Below are positions 1 to 10,771 of a DNA stretch of 64,000 nt, in pieces. The DNA lies in NCBI GenBank assembly GCA_965200315.1, contig OZ241362.1:2688001-2752000 (forward strand), read 5' to 3'. The position numbers were made by a program, and so were the translations under genes. The notes under the pieces were generated by a model that worked only from the letters and a program-made list of their open reading frames with translations, did not search any database and had not been told where the DNA came from. Each line of letters opens with the position of its first letter. Within the stretch, counting starts at the first letter, position 1. The DNA is from Candidatus Latescibacterota bacterium (GTDB lineage: Bacteria > Latescibacterota > UBA2968 > UBA8231).

Positions 1-1764
1 AGCCGTCTAATCGTCAGCGGCGACCTGTCCGTCACCTGGAGCGAGCAGCAAGACGCGGCCGGGCACTATATCCCCGCCATCGACGCCGCGAATCTGACGC
101 TGACCCAACGCCGCGGCGCACCTGCTTTTACCTCTTCAGCCGTCTTGGCGGACGACACAGCGCTCTCGCCCCTCATCGCCGCCGATCTCGACAGCGACGG
201 TCTCGACGACTTGCTCGCACTCGGTGCCAATCTACTCTACCGCAACGAGGGCGGACGCTTTGCGCCTGAGCCGCTGTTGGCGTATCCACCTCCGGGCGGT
301 CGCATCGAAGTGGCACTTTTGGCCGATTTTACCGGCGACAGCGCACCCGATCTAATCGTCGGCGGCCCCGGGCAATTGCTGGGCCTCTACGAGGGCGGCA
401 AGGGCTTCGACCAACCCGGCTTAGCCATTGCGACTCGGCCCCTGCAATACCCCGAAGCCATGAGTGCGGGCGACATAGACGGCGACGGCGACCTCGACCT
501 GTGGGTTGGCCAGTACCGGCTGCCCTACCGAGAGGGGCAGATGCCCACTCCCTATTACGACGCCAACGACGGCTATCCCGCGTACTTGCTGAGCAACGAC
601 GGGCGAGGGCGCTTCACCGACATCACGGCCCGCGCCGGTCTCAAAGCCAAGCGCAAACGGCGCACGTATAGCGGCTCCTTGGCTGATCTCGATGGCGACG
701 ACGACCTCGACCTTTTGGTCGTCAGCGACTTCGCCGGCATCGACCTGTACTACAACGACGGCACCGGCACCTTTGCCGACGTCACCTCCCGCACCGTCAG
801 CGAGGCATCAACCTTTGGCATGTCCCACGTCTTTGGCGACTACAACGCCGACGGCCGCCTCGACATGTACGTAGTGGGCATGAGTTCGACCACGGCGCGC
901 CGCCTCGACTACCTCGGTCTCGGGCGCGAGGAATACCCAGAACACCACGCTCAGCGCCGGGCCATGGGCTTTGGCAACCGGCTCTACCTTGGGCGCGAGG
1001 ACGCCCCGTTCAGCATCGCCCCAAGCACGGAGCAAGTGGCGCGCACCGGGTGGTCTTGGGGCGTGGCCTCCGCGGACTTCGACAACGATGGCGACGACGA
1101 AATCTACGTGGCCAACGGCCATCTCAGCGGCGAGACCGCCCAAGACTACTGCACCACCTTCTGGACGCATGACATCTACACCGGCGGCTCGGAACCCGAC
1201 CCGCAGATAGCCGAATTTTTCGCCGAGGCCATTGCGGACTGGAACAGCGCGGGCATCTCGTGGAACGGCTTTGAACACAACAAGCTCTACCTGAGCGGAG
1301 GGGGCTTCGACCGGAGCTCAGCCGAAGGCCGCTCTTTTGTCGAGATCGGCTATCTGATGGGCGTGGCTTTTGAATTCGATGCACGCACCGTGCTCGACAT
1401 GGACATCAACGCCGACGGCCGCATGGACCTATTGGTCAGCGAGTGGTCCGGCACTCCGCGCCGCGAGCGGGTCCACGTCTTACGCAATGCTTGGCCCGGC
1501 GACAACAACTGGCTCGGTGTGCGCCTCCAAGGTGCGGCCGGCATCGCTCCCATCGGCGCACGCATCACCTTGCGCTCGGCCCAAGGCACCCAAACTCAGT
1601 GGGTCTATACCGGCGAATCCTTCGACGTCCAGCGTTCGCCCACCCGTCTTTTCGGCTTGGGCCGCGGCGAGCAGGTCGAAGCTGTCGAAGTGCAATGGCC
1701 CGGTGGGAAAGTCACCACCCTATCCGATCCACAGATAAACCGCTACCACGAATTGACGCCCTGA
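1..1764 (+). CDS. FG-GAP repeat / ASPIC-UnbV (CRTAC1-family) protein, 5' end outside window
   Basis: Frame open from base 1; repeated DxDGDGDLD(L) motifs; C-terminal NNWLGVRL...IGARITL...FGLG...VEVQWPGG typical of ASPIC/UnbV. Confidence 0.9.
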   Translation, partial: SRLIVSGDLSVTWSEQQDAAGHYIPAIDAANLTLTQRRGAPAFTSSAVLADDTALSPLIAADLDSDGLDDLLALGANLLYRNEGGRFAPEPLLAYPPPGGRIEVALLADFTGDSAPDLIVGGPGQLLGLYEGGKGFDQPGLAIATRPLQYPEAMSAGDIDGDGDLDLWVGQYRLPYREGQMPTPYYDANDGYPAYLLSNDGRGRFTDITARAGLKAKRKRRTYSGSLADLDGDDDLDLLVVSDFAGIDLYYNDGTGTFADVTSRTVSEASTFGMSHVFGDYNADGRLDMYVVGMSSTTARRLDYLGLGREEYPEHHAQRRAMGFGNRLYLGREDAPFSIAPSTEQVARTGWSWGVASADFDNDGDDEIYVANGHLSGETAQDYCTTFWTHDIYTGGSEPDPQIAEFFAEAIADWNSAGISWNGFEHNKLYLSGGGFDRSSAEGRSFVEIGYLMGVAFEFDARTVLDMDINADGRMDLLVSEWSGTPRRERVHVLRNAWPGDNNWLGVRLQGAAGIAPIGARITLRSAQGTQTQWVYTGESFDVQRSPTRLFGLGRGEQVEAVEVQWPGGKVTTLSDPQINRYHELTP

Positions 1765-1768
1765 AAGC

Positions 1769-2957
1769 ATGCACTACGCTACCCGCTTCAACGGCATCCC
1801 CGTGTCCGTCACCCTCGCGGCGGCTCCGGCGTTGGCTGACCGGCCAATCGACGCTCCCGACCGCTACGAGCACTCCTGCATCGAAACGCCGCTCGGCCCC
1901 AAAAGTCTGCTGCTGAAATTGCAGTTGCGCCGAGTGGATGGCAGCCCATTTAAGGTCACTGCATGCAAGGTGGAAGCCGCAGTGCCCGGCTTAGACCTGC
2001 ACCGCGTCTTCGTGCCCGTGCTACACGAGGCCATTGGCAAGCGCGACCTGATCAGCCTGCCTTGGGGCGTCGAGGAGTGCACCTTTACCTCTTGGTCCTT
2101 CCCCTTCGTCGCCGCGCTAAACCGCTTTGACCAGAACCGCTTCTGCATGGGCTTTATGGACCACGTCCATGCGGCGGATCACCCGTCATAGTTGCTACGA
2201 CGAAGACGCCAACATGTCCTTGCAGCGCCTCTTCGATCCAGCTCCCCGCGAGACGAGCGTCTGGGAAGAGACGCTCTACCTGTCCTGCGAGGACCGCCCC
2301 GTCTTCGACGAGTGGCACAAAGTCGCCCTGCCGCCAGCACCGCCCTCGGTGTGGGAGCCGATCTGGTGCTCCTGGTACGGCGTCAAAAACGACGTCGATG
2401 CCGACTATATCCGCTCTATGGTGCCCGTGCTCAAAGAATGGGGCATTGGCAATATCATCGTCGATGCCGGCTGGTTCAAAGGCGACGGTTTCGACCCCGA
2501 CACCGGCCACTACATTCCCGACACAAGCAAATTCCCCGACCTCAAGGGCCTCGTCGCAGAGGTTCAGTCCGCGGGCTTGACCATTCTGCTGTGGTGCGCG
2601 CCGCTGTTCAATATCAGCGATCTGGCCGACGTGCCCTTCATAAAAGCGCACCGTTTCCAGGCCGCAGACTCCGACGAAGCGAACAACTTCCTCTGTCCCC
2701 ACTGCCCTGCGGTGCGTCAATACGCTTGGCGCACGGTCAAACACCTGATGCAGACCTACGGCTGCAACGGCCTCAAGATCGACTTCATCGACCCACTGCG
2801 CGACCGCGCCAGCTTGCCCTGCACGGCCGACCACGAGCACGATATCGCCGACTACGGAGAGGCCGTGTACGACCTGCTCCAAGGCAGTCACCGCGCCCAA
2901 GATGCACCCTTCGACCCCGACCACATCCGCCGCATTTGTACTCGGCTCAAAAGCTAG
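1769..2957 (+). pseudogene. Frameshifted, truncated GH36-like alpha-galactosidase
   Basis: Two overlapping ORFs (1769-2191, 2127-2957) with a frameshift near 2170-2190; motifs WCSWY, IIVDAGWF, KFPDLKGL, LKIDF; C-terminal half of the barrel missing. Confidence 0.75.
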
Positions 2958-2984
2958 GGTCCTCGAACTGCAGTCAAATAGTGA

Positions 2985-5009
2985 ATGCCTCTAATGGACT
3001 TCGCGCCCGACTCCTCTCCGACGACTCGGCGGAGTACCCCAAACCCTGTGCTTTGCATCGCCAGAGCGGCTAGCGTCTGTCAACGAGGCACAACATCGGT
3101 TCTAATTCTCTTGTCTTTGTTGGCGGCGGTCCAAGTGGTGGCAGCCGATCCGCCCGCTGCTATCGGCGTCCCCCCAGAAGTGCTGGCCCCTCCTTGGCTG
3201 GAAAGCCGTCGCCAAGCCCAAATGGCCGCGGCCGCAGGCTATGGGGTCTTTTGCGATTTCAGCTTCACCGACCGCCTGCCTGCAAGCGGCATTGCCTTTC
3301 ATCACCGCATCGTCGATGACTCGGGGCGGCACTACCGACCCAATCACTACGACCACGGCAACGGGATTGCCCTAGCGGATGTCGATGGCGACGGGCGCAC
3401 GGACCTCTACTTTGTCAACCAAGCCGGGCCGAACGGGCTGTGGCGCAACGCAGGCGGCGGCCAATTCGCCGACATCACCGAGCCGGGGGGCGTGGCACTC
3501 GCAGACCGCATCGGCGTGACCGCTTCCTTCGCCGACATCGACAACGACGGAGCACCCGACCTATACGTCACCAACGTGCGCGTGGGCAATGTTCTCTTTC
3601 GCAACCAAGGCGACGGGCACTTTGCGGATATTTCGCAAAAATCTGGTCTCAATTATAGGGGGCATTCTTCGGCGGCCCTCTTCTTCGACTACGACCGCGA
3701 CGGGCAGCTCGACCTCTTTTTGACCAATGTTGGGCAGTACACAGAGCGCGGCGATCCAATCGCGGTTATTGGCTTTGCGCCCGAGGAGCAACCCGAGCAA
3801 TACCACTACTATGTCGGCTTCAAGGACGCCTTTGCCGGGCACCTCAAGCCCGAGCGCACCGAGCCGAGCCTGCTCTTCCGCAATACAGGGGAAAACCGCT
3901 TTGTCGATGTGACCGAAGAGGTTGGGATCAAGGCCGATGGTTGGTCCGGCGACTCGGCACCACTAGACGCCAACGAAGACGGCTGGCCAGACCTATACGT
4001 GCTCAACATGCAGGGGCACGACCAATACTACGAAAACGACCGAGGCCAGCGCTTTATCGACAAGAGCCTAGCGGTCTTCCCGCGCACGCCGTGGGGAGCC
4101 ATGTCGGCCCAGATTTTCGACTTTGACAACGACGGTCACCAAGACCTCTACATCACCGACATGCACTCGGACATGAGCGAGGACATTGGGCCGCAGCGCG
4201 AAAAGCGCAAATCGCGCATGCAGTGGACCGAGAGCTTTCTCCGTTCGGGCGGGCGCAGCATCTACGGCAACGCCTTGTACCACCGCCAAGCCGACGGCAC
4301 CTACGCCGAGGTCTCCGACTCCGTCGGCGCTGAAAATTACTGGCCTTGGGGGCTGAGCGCGGGCGACCTCAACGCCGACGGGTATGAAGATGTCTTTATC
4401 ACCGCCAGCATGAACTACGCCTTCCGCTACGCGGTCAACGCCCTGTTGCTCAACGACCGCGGCAAGGGGTTCCTCGATGCCGAATTTGCCCTTGGCGTCG
4501 AGCCGCGACGCGAGGGGCGCACGGCCATGCCGTGGTTTGCCTTAGATTGCGCTGGGGAATATGCAACCCATCCCGACTGCGAGGGGCGCAGCGGCCCCCA
4601 CGTTTTCTGGGGTGCGCTAGGATCGCGCGCGTCGGCCCTCGCCGACCTAGACGACGACGGCGACTTAGACATCGTCACCAATGAATTCAATGGACCGCCG
4701 CTACTGCTGCTCAGCGATCTGAGCGACCAAAAGGCGGAGCTCAACTTTCTCAAGCTCCGCCTGATCGGCACCCGCTCCAACCGCGATGGCCTCGGCTCGG
4801 TAGTCAGCGTCCACACCCGCTCCCAAACCTACACCCGAGTACGCGACGGCAAGTCCGGCTATCTCTCGCAGAGCCTCTTGCCGCTCTACTTCGGACTCGG
4901 GCCGGCCAGCACCGTCGAGCGCATCGAGGTGCAGTGGCCTTCTGGCACCGCGCAGGTTGTCGCTGGTCCCATCGAGAGCAACCAACTCGTCGAAATCAGG
5001 GAACCGTAA
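2985..5009 (+). CDS. CRTAC1-family FG-GAP / ASPIC-UnbV secreted protein (start uncertain)
   Basis: Signal-like hydrophobic stretch, multiple DxDxDGxxDL repeats, SNRDGLG...GYLSQ...FGLG...WPSG. Confidence 0.9.
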   Translation: MPLMDFAPDSSPTTRRSTPNPVLCIARAASVCQRGTTSVLILLSLLAAVQVVAADPPAAIGVPPEVLAPPWLESRRQAQMAAAAGYGVFCDFSFTDRLPASGIAFHHRIVDDSGRHYRPNHYDHGNGIALADVDGDGRTDLYFVNQAGPNGLWRNAGGGQFADITEPGGVALADRIGVTASFADIDNDGAPDLYVTNVRVGNVLFRNQGDGHFADISQKSGLNYRGHSSAALFFDYDRDGQLDLFLTNVGQYTERGDPIAVIGFAPEEQPEQYHYYVGFKDAFAGHLKPERTEPSLLFRNTGENRFVDVTEEVGIKADGWSGDSAPLDANEDGWPDLYVLNMQGHDQYYENDRGQRFIDKSLAVFPRTPWGAMSAQIFDFDNDGHQDLYITDMHSDMSEDIGPQREKRKSRMQWTESFLRSGGRSIYGNALYHRQADGTYAEVSDSVGAENYWPWGLSAGDLNADGYEDVFITASMNYAFRYAVNALLLNDRGKGFLDAEFALGVEPRREGRTAMPWFALDCAGEYATHPDCEGRSGPHVFWGALGSRASALADLDDDGDLDIVTNEFNGPPLLLLSDLSDQKAELNFLKLRLIGTRSNRDGLGSVVSVHTRSQTYTRVRDGKSGYLSQSLLPLYFGLGPASTVERIEVQWPSGTAQVVAGPIESNQLVEIREP

Positions 5010-5228
5010 GATCACAGCACACTTTTTCGGGTATTCAAGGTCGTTCCAGCCGTGTCTGAATCAGGCTGGAGGACCCGCAGGGATTTAGGATCGAGGTCTT
5101 GGATTGCTATGGCAAAATTAACTTTCATGTTCGCTCTTGCAACATCTACTAACGCTTCGTCGATTTCGTATTTTCTAAATGACAACCTGTATTCGCCTAG
5201 TTCATTAAGAACAGATCTGCAAGCTACA

Positions 5229-7739
5229 TTAACGTTCATTGGTCCTACCCATTCGCCTAATCCCCCGCAGTGCGCCGCGTTCGCCGGGGTCTGTCTCCCG
5301 CGCCCGCGCAAAGGCCGCGGCCGCCCGCTCCCCATCCTTTTCAAGCAGGGCAATCGTCCCCAGCACCGTATGTCGCCGGGCGGCCAAGCGCCGTTCGAGT
5401 GCTTCGACAACCTCCGTGGGAATGCCTGCCGATAGGTACGGTCGCGGATTGACAACTAGGTATTCGACCAAGCTCTTGAGCGCAGGTAAGCCGCCGCTGG
5501 TACCACGGCGACGGCGGTCTGTAAAGCTGATGTAGGGGCGGTCGTCCGTATTGATCGGCCCGCTGCCCGCGTAGGCGGCTAGCTCCTTTTCTCCCAAGAC
5601 CAAGGCACTCAAAAAAGAAGGCGGATCACCCAAATCCACCGAGCGCAAATTCGCCCGCACGGCTGGCTGCCCTAGCTTGCGCTCGAGCGCAGCGTAGTCT
5701 ATGTGCAGTGCGCCCGGCGTGCCCAGCAGGATCGAGTACTGATGGGTCAGCCACAGCGAAGCGTGCGGATACACGGCCCGGAAGGTCCGCAGAATCATCT
5801 TGTAGTCCGCTACCGACAGCCCGTGCAGCGGCAGCCACTGCGCTACCAGCCCGTCCGGGCCGACGCGGCCGCGGCAGAGCCGATAGAACTCCTCTGTATA
5901 GAGCACCCAGCTATCAGCCGTGCCCGGATGTGTGGCGTCGCAGATGATGGCGTCGTATTGCCGCTGCGCGTGTAGTACGTGGTTGCGGCCGTCTGCGGCG
6001 ACCAGTTCAATGGGGGCTTGATCGAGGCGCGTGGCGATCTGGCGATTGTAGCGGGCAAAATAGGGCGCGGCTCGCGGGACGCCCGGCACCAACTCGGCGC
6101 AATCGAGGCGGGTGGGCTGGTGCAATTCGGCTGCGGACAGGGTGATGCCGCCGCCAAAAGCAATGACCAGCACTTCGGCTGGATCGGGGTGCAAAACCAA
6201 CGGCAAGTGCCCCAGCAAGCGGAAGGTCTGTAGCGAGGCGTAGTCGGTGGGGACCTCGCCGCCGCCGTTGACCTTGAGGATTCGCACGCCGTCCTGTTTC
6301 TGGTGGACCGAGACCGTGGCGCCAGCACCCTCGTCCCAGTAGAGCAAGCGGCTGTTTGGCTCGGACCAGTGGAACAATTCGACGAAGAGGCCAGCCGGCA
6401 AGAGCAGCGTCAGCGCCAAGCCCAGCGCCAAGCCGCCGACCGTGCGCACGGCCTTTCTGCGTAGTTGTGCCGCCGGGTCCAGCGCCAAAATCACCGCGCC
6501 AATGGCGATATTGACCCACGCCAGCCCCTGAATGCTCCGGTAGGTCCCCAGCAGAGGGAGCAGCACAAATCCGGCGACTAGGGCACCGGCAATGGCCCCC
6601 AGCGTATTGGCGGCGTACACGGTGCCGACGCCGCGCCCTAGCTGCTCCATGCGCGGGATGCACACCTTAGCTGCAATGGGAAAGAGCAGCCCCATTAGCA
6701 GCGTCGCCGGGAGCATTACGACGAAGGCGGCGACGAACAGCTTGGACAGATGGCCTTCCCACGACAGCGCACCGCCCCACGCCTCGACGATATAGGGTAT
6801 GCTGCCAAAGGCGGCAATCGAGCTTAGGCCGCACAGGCCGATGAGCAACTCAACCGCGCCAAAGGCAGCCAGCGGCGTGCGCCAGCGATCGATCAAGCGC
6901 GCTCCGAGCGCAGCCCCACCGGCCAACCCCAGTAGGAAGGCGACGAGGATCGTACTCAGGGTTTGGGCGGTAGCACTTTGCAGGAGCATCGCCAAAAGCC
7001 GCGTCCACAGCACCTCGTAGCCGAGGGCCACAAACCCCGAGAGCGCAAATCCCCCTAAGACCAATCGGCCCTCTAAGGTGGTGGGTGCTGCATCCCGTCC
7101 TACGCCCGGCTGCTCCTGCTGGCCATCGCGGCTCCAGAAATAGGCGACCAAGGCGATGAGCAGGTTGCCTGCCGCGGCCGCGTAGGTGGTGCCGCTGACG
7201 CCCAGATGTTCGAGCGCAAAAAAGGCCGCCACCGCACATCCTGTGGCCGCGCCTAGGGTATTGGCCGCATACAAGCGTCCCATATCCCCGCCGACCCGCT
7301 CCAAGCGGTGCGCCACGGCCTTGCTCAGCGTCGGCAGGGTGGCGCCCATGAGGGTGGTCGGCACCAACAGCAGCGCGAATGCGAGCAGCAAGCGGACGAG
7401 CACAAAGGCCCCGTCTATACCTTGCAAAGAGCCGTATAGCGCCGTGTACACCTCGTCTAAAACCGCGAGCAAAAGAGGGAATATCAGAGCGAAGACGCCG
7501 ATGCCCAGTTCCAACAGCGCGTAGAGCCGCAGGCCGTTGCCCCGGCGGTCAGCCACCCGTCCGCACCAATAGCTGCCCAAGGCGAGACCAGCCATAAAGG
7601 CAGCCAAGACAATGCTGACGGCAAAGGTGCTGACGCCAAACACGGGCATCAACATGCGCACCCAGACGACTTGATAGACGAGGGAGCAGGCCCCGGAAAA
7701 AAAGAACAGGAGCATCAGAGCTAAGGGGGTTTTGCTCAC
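5229..7739 (-). CDS. Fused MFS-like membrane domain / spermidine synthase-like protein
   Basis: FFSGACSLVYQVVW, YAANTLGA repeats, VLVIAFGGG, DGRNHV, YDAIICD, NTDDRP; GTG start at 7739 with AAAGGA upstream. Confidence 0.9.
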   Translation of the reverse strand: MSKTPLALMLLFFFSGACSLVYQVVWVRMLMPVFGVSTFAVSIVLAAFMAGLALGSYWCGRVADRRGNGLRLYALLELGIGVFALIFPLLLAVLDEVYTALYGSLQGIDGAFVLVRLLLAFALLLVPTTLMGATLPTLSKAVAHRLERVGGDMGRLYAANTLGAATGCAVAAFFALEHLGVSGTTYAAAAGNLLIALVAYFWSRDGQQEQPGVGRDAAPTTLEGRLVLGGFALSGFVALGYEVLWTRLLAMLLQSATAQTLSTILVAFLLGLAGGAALGARLIDRWRTPLAAFGAVELLIGLCGLSSIAAFGSIPYIVEAWGGALSWEGHLSKLFVAAFVVMLPATLLMGLLFPIAAKVCIPRMEQLGRGVGTVYAANTLGAIAGALVAGFVLLPLLGTYRSIQGLAWVNIAIGAVILALDPAAQLRRKAVRTVGGLALGLALTLLLPAGLFVELFHWSEPNSRLLYWDEGAGATVSVHQKQDGVRILKVNGGGEVPTDYASLQTFRLLGHLPLVLHPDPAEVLVIAFGGGITLSAAELHQPTRLDCAELVPGVPRAAPYFARYNRQIATRLDQAPIELVAADGRNHVLHAQRQYDAIICDATHPGTADSWVLYTEEFYRLCRGRVGPDGLVAQWLPLHGLSVADYKMILRTFRAVYPHASLWLTHQYSILLGTPGALHIDYAALERKLGQPAVRANLRSVDLGDPPSFLSALVLGEKELAAYAGSGPINTDDRPYISFTDRRRRGTSGGLPALKSLVEYLVVNPRPYLSAGIPTEVVEALERRLAARRHTVLGTIALLEKDGERAAAAFARARETDPGERGALRGIRRMGRTNER

Positions 7740-7862
7740 AGCTAATCCTTTGTATGGCAATCCGCAGTCAGTCGCACGAACATCCACAAACTCAGCGACG
7801 AAGCCCGCAAAATTTCGGTCTGCGCGATCGACGTAAGCCGACCCGACTAATCGCAACGATCG

Positions 7863-8255
7863 CTATTCGGCGTTTTCAATCGGCTGGTGGAAGTAGTAAC
7901 AAAGCCCGTCGGGAGCGACTACGAAGAAAACCTGATATTTCTTTCCATCGCGCTCTTCTAAGCACCAATTGCCCGTCTCGACGCCATTCGCCTCTATCTC
8001 GTCGCGGGCCTTGTGGATGTCATTCACCAAAATAGCCGCGCCTTCTTGGCTGGCGTCGCCACCGTTGACCGCAAAACCGATCTGCACACCATCGCGTTCG
8101 AGAATGACCGTCGGCACCGGATCGTCGCGCCTTGCCACCTCCACGAGGCCAAAGGCTGCGCCATACCACTTTGCGGTTTGGTCGAGGTCTTCCACCGGCA
8201 AGGCAAAGAGGTCCTCGGCATACGGAAAAGCGGCTTCGTACAGTTTCTCTGTCAT
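7863..8255 (-). CDS. VOC/glyoxalase family protein
   Basis: LPVEDLDQTAKWY...FG and FFVVAPDG motifs; GGAGGA RBS. Confidence 0.85.
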   Translation of the reverse strand: MTEKLYEAAFPYAEDLFALPVEDLDQTAKWYGAAFGLVEVARRDDPVPTVILERDGVQIGFAVNGGDASQEGAAILVNDIHKARDEIEANGVETGNWCLEERDGKKYQVFFVVAPDGLCYYFHQPIENAE

Positions 8256-8293
8256 GTCTTGTTCCTCCGACTGCTAATGTGATTACTTGCCCT

Positions 8294-8491
8294 TCATTCC
8301 GTCTCGTGTATAAAAATTGCTTCGATCGGCGCGGAAAATACATGGGCGATCTTAAATGCCAGCGGCAGGCTTGGGTCGTATTTGCCCTTTTCTAGCGCAT
8401 TCACTGTTTGCCGCGAGACCTCCAGACGAGCCGCGAGATCCGCTTGGGTCCAGTCGCGCTCGGCGCGCAATACCTTTAGGCGATTTTTCAT
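8294..8491 (-). CDS. XRE-family HTH transcriptional regulator
   Basis: WTQADLAARLEVSRQTVNALEKGKYDPSLPLAFKIA. Confidence 0.95.
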   Translation of the reverse strand: MKNRLKVLRAERDWTQADLAARLEVSRQTVNALEKGKYDPSLPLAFKIAHVFSAPIEAIFIHETE

Positions 8492-8866
8492 CGGTAGCGG
8501 AGATGGCCGACGATAACTGAGACCACGAAGGTAAACGACATCAGCAAAATGATATCTGAGACTTCTGCGTCCGTTATGAATTTTGCAGTTACCATCAGCG
8601 AATAACTAAAACTGCCGACGAGCGCGACGCCCATAGATATAGCCAGTGCATCGAGTTGGATTTTGCGCTGCAGCTCATCCATGTATTTCAGGTGGCGCAA
8701 ATACGACAAGATCATGCCGATACCAATGACTGCGTTGAGGACGATAGCGATAGCGGAGATCAAAGCAGAGGAATGCCATTCGTATAATATCGCTTTGTCG
8801 GCCAACACCATCGTCATCGACCAAGCAAAGGTCCAACAAAGAAAGCGAATTGTGTTTTTTGCACTG
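8488..8866 (-). pseudogene. 5'-truncated membrane protein of the type paired with XRE regulators
   Basis: Hydrophobic helices and DELQRKIQLDALA motif; the ORF N-terminus is antisense of another gene fragment. Confidence 0.65.
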
Positions 8867-8868
8867 CC

Positions 8869-9072
8869 GATCCGGTCGAGCGGTTTGATGATAGCCTCAA
8901 CCGCGATCAAGAGCTGACCGGGAAGTTCATCCGCGCCTGCGCTGACAAAGGGGTCTATTTCCACGACTACGGCACGCTCGTCGCCGGCCACCACGGCGTG
9001 TCTGCCCAGCACACCTTGGACGATATTGACGAAGCGCTCAATCGGATCGAGCGCGCGCTGCACAGTATGTAA
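8869..9072 (+). pseudogene. C-terminal remnant of a class III (GSA-like) aminotransferase
   Basis: Translates DPVERFDDSLNRDQELTGKFIRACADKGVYF...HHGVSAQHTLDDIDEALNRIERALHSM*; no start. Confidence 0.7.
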
Positions 9073-9087
9073 TGGGGAGCTACAGAA

Positions 9088-10770
9088 TTAGTTTCTCGTC
9101 AGTTGGCGATAGCGGACTCGTTGGGGCACGACCGAATCTTCGCCTAGCCGCGCCTTTTTGTTCTCTTCGTACTCTGAGAAGTTGCCCTCAAACCAATAGA
9201 CTTGGCTGTCGCCTTCAAAGGCCAGAATGTGCGTGGCGATGCGGTCCAAAAACCACCTGTCGTGGCTGATGACCACCACGCAGCCAGCGAAGTTTTCCAA
9301 CCCTTCCTCTAAGGCCCGTAGCGTATGCACGTCTAGGTCGTTGGTCGGCTCGTCGAGCAGGAACACATTGGCCTGCTCCTTGAGCACCTTGGCCAGATGC
9401 ACCCGATTGCGCTGCCCGCCCGAGAGCGTCCCCACCTTTTGCTGCTGATCGGCACCAAGGAAGTTGAAGCGCGCGAGGTACGCCCGCGAATGTACCTTGC
9501 GCTCGCCCAGTTCAAGCTCTTCCTCGCCGCCCGAGACCTCCTGCCAGACCGTGTTTTCTCCTACTAGGGTTTCCCGGCTCTGATCTACATACCCCAGCCG
9601 CACGGTCTCGCCGAGGCGGAGTTGGCCGCTATCGGTGCGCTCTTGGCCGGTAATCAGCCGGAACAGGGTCGTCTTGCCCGCGCCGTTGGGTCCGATGACC
9701 CCGACGATCCCGCCCGAGGGCAGCGCGAAATCCATGTTCTCGAAGATAATGCGGTCGCCGTAGCGCTTGCTCACGCCTTTAGCCTCAATGGCGATATCGC
9801 CCAGCCGCGGCCCCGGCGGAAGGTAGAGCTGCACCTCTTCGTTCCGCTGCACTCGATCCTGATTTAGCAATTCCTCGTAGGCCCTGATCCTCGCTTTGTT
9901 CTTCTGCTGCTTGGCCCTCGGCGTCATGCGGATCCACTCCAGCTCGCGCTGGAGGGTCTGCTGTCGTTTACTCTCGCTTTTCTCCTCCAGCCGCAGCCGT
10001 TCCTCCTTCTGCTCTAGCCACGACGAGTAATTCCCCTTCCACGGTACGCCGCGCCCTTGGTCTAACTCCAAAATCCAGCCCGCCACGTTGTCGAGAAAAT
10101 ACCGGTCGTGGGTAACGGCGATTACCGTCCCTTGGTACTGATGCAAATGCCCCTCCAGCCACGCCACCGTTTCAGCGTCGAGGTGGTTGGTCGGCTCGTC
10201 TAGAAGCAGAATATCCGGCTGGCGAAGCAACAACCGACACAGTGCCACCCGCCGCCGCTCGCCGCCCGAAAGCGTGGAGACCTCTTGGTCTTCGGGCGGA
10301 CAGCGCAGTGCGTCCATGGCCATATCCAGCCGACTGTCCAAATCCCAAGCCCCGGCCGCATCGAGCTGCTCGGCCACGGAGGCCTGGCGCTCGATCAGGG
10401 CGTTCATGGCGTCGTCGTCCATGGGCTCGGCGAACTGGGCGTTGACATCCTCGTACTCGCGCAGCAAATCCACCGTCTCCTGTACGCCTTCTTCGACGAT
10501 TTCCTTGACCGTCTTGCCCTGCTCCAACTCGGGTTCCTGCTCCAGATACCCCACGGTGAACCCCGGCTGGACGCGAATGGTCCCCTCGTACTCGCCGTCT
10601 ATGCCCGCCATAATCCGCAACAGCGTACTTTTCCCCGACCCGTTCAAGCCCAACACCCCAATTTTGGCCCCGTAGAAATACGACAGTGAAATGTCGGTGA
10701 TAATCGCCTTCCGGTTGTAGTGCTTGCTCACCTTGTACATCGAATAGATGATCTTTTCCGCTTCGCTCAT
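9088..10770 (-). CDS. ettA: Energy-dependent translational throttle ABC-F ATPase EttA
   Basis: Two ABC domains (GLNGSGKS, GPNGAGKT, LSGG, DEPTN), KGNYSSWLEQK linker. Confidence 0.95.
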   Translation of the reverse strand: MSEAEKIIYSMYKVSKHYNRKAIITDISLSYFYGAKIGVLGLNGSGKSTLLRIMAGIDGEYEGTIRVQPGFTVGYLEQEPELEQGKTVKEIVEEGVQETVDLLREYEDVNAQFAEPMDDDAMNALIERQASVAEQLDAAGAWDLDSRLDMAMDALRCPPEDQEVSTLSGGERRRVALCRLLLRQPDILLLDEPTNHLDAETVAWLEGHLHQYQGTVIAVTHDRYFLDNVAGWILELDQGRGVPWKGNYSSWLEQKEERLRLEEKSESKRQQTLQRELEWIRMTPRAKQQKNKARIRAYEELLNQDRVQRNEEVQLYLPPGPRLGDIAIEAKGVSKRYGDRIIFENMDFALPSGGIVGVIGPNGAGKTTLFRLITGQERTDSGQLRLGETVRLGYVDQSRETLVGENTVWQEVSGGEEELELGERKVHSRAYLARFNFLGADQQQKVGTLSGGQRNRVHLAKVLKEQANVFLLDEPTNDLDVHTLRALEEGLENFAGCVVVISHDRWFLDRIATHILAFEGDSQVYWFEGNFSEYEENKKARLGEDSVVPQRVRYRQLTRN

Positions 10771-10771
10771 G

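Noticed and set aside
5012-5239. 75-aa AT-richer minus-strand ORF overlapping the spermidine synthase stop
   Set aside because: No recognisable motif; may be a remnant or spurious
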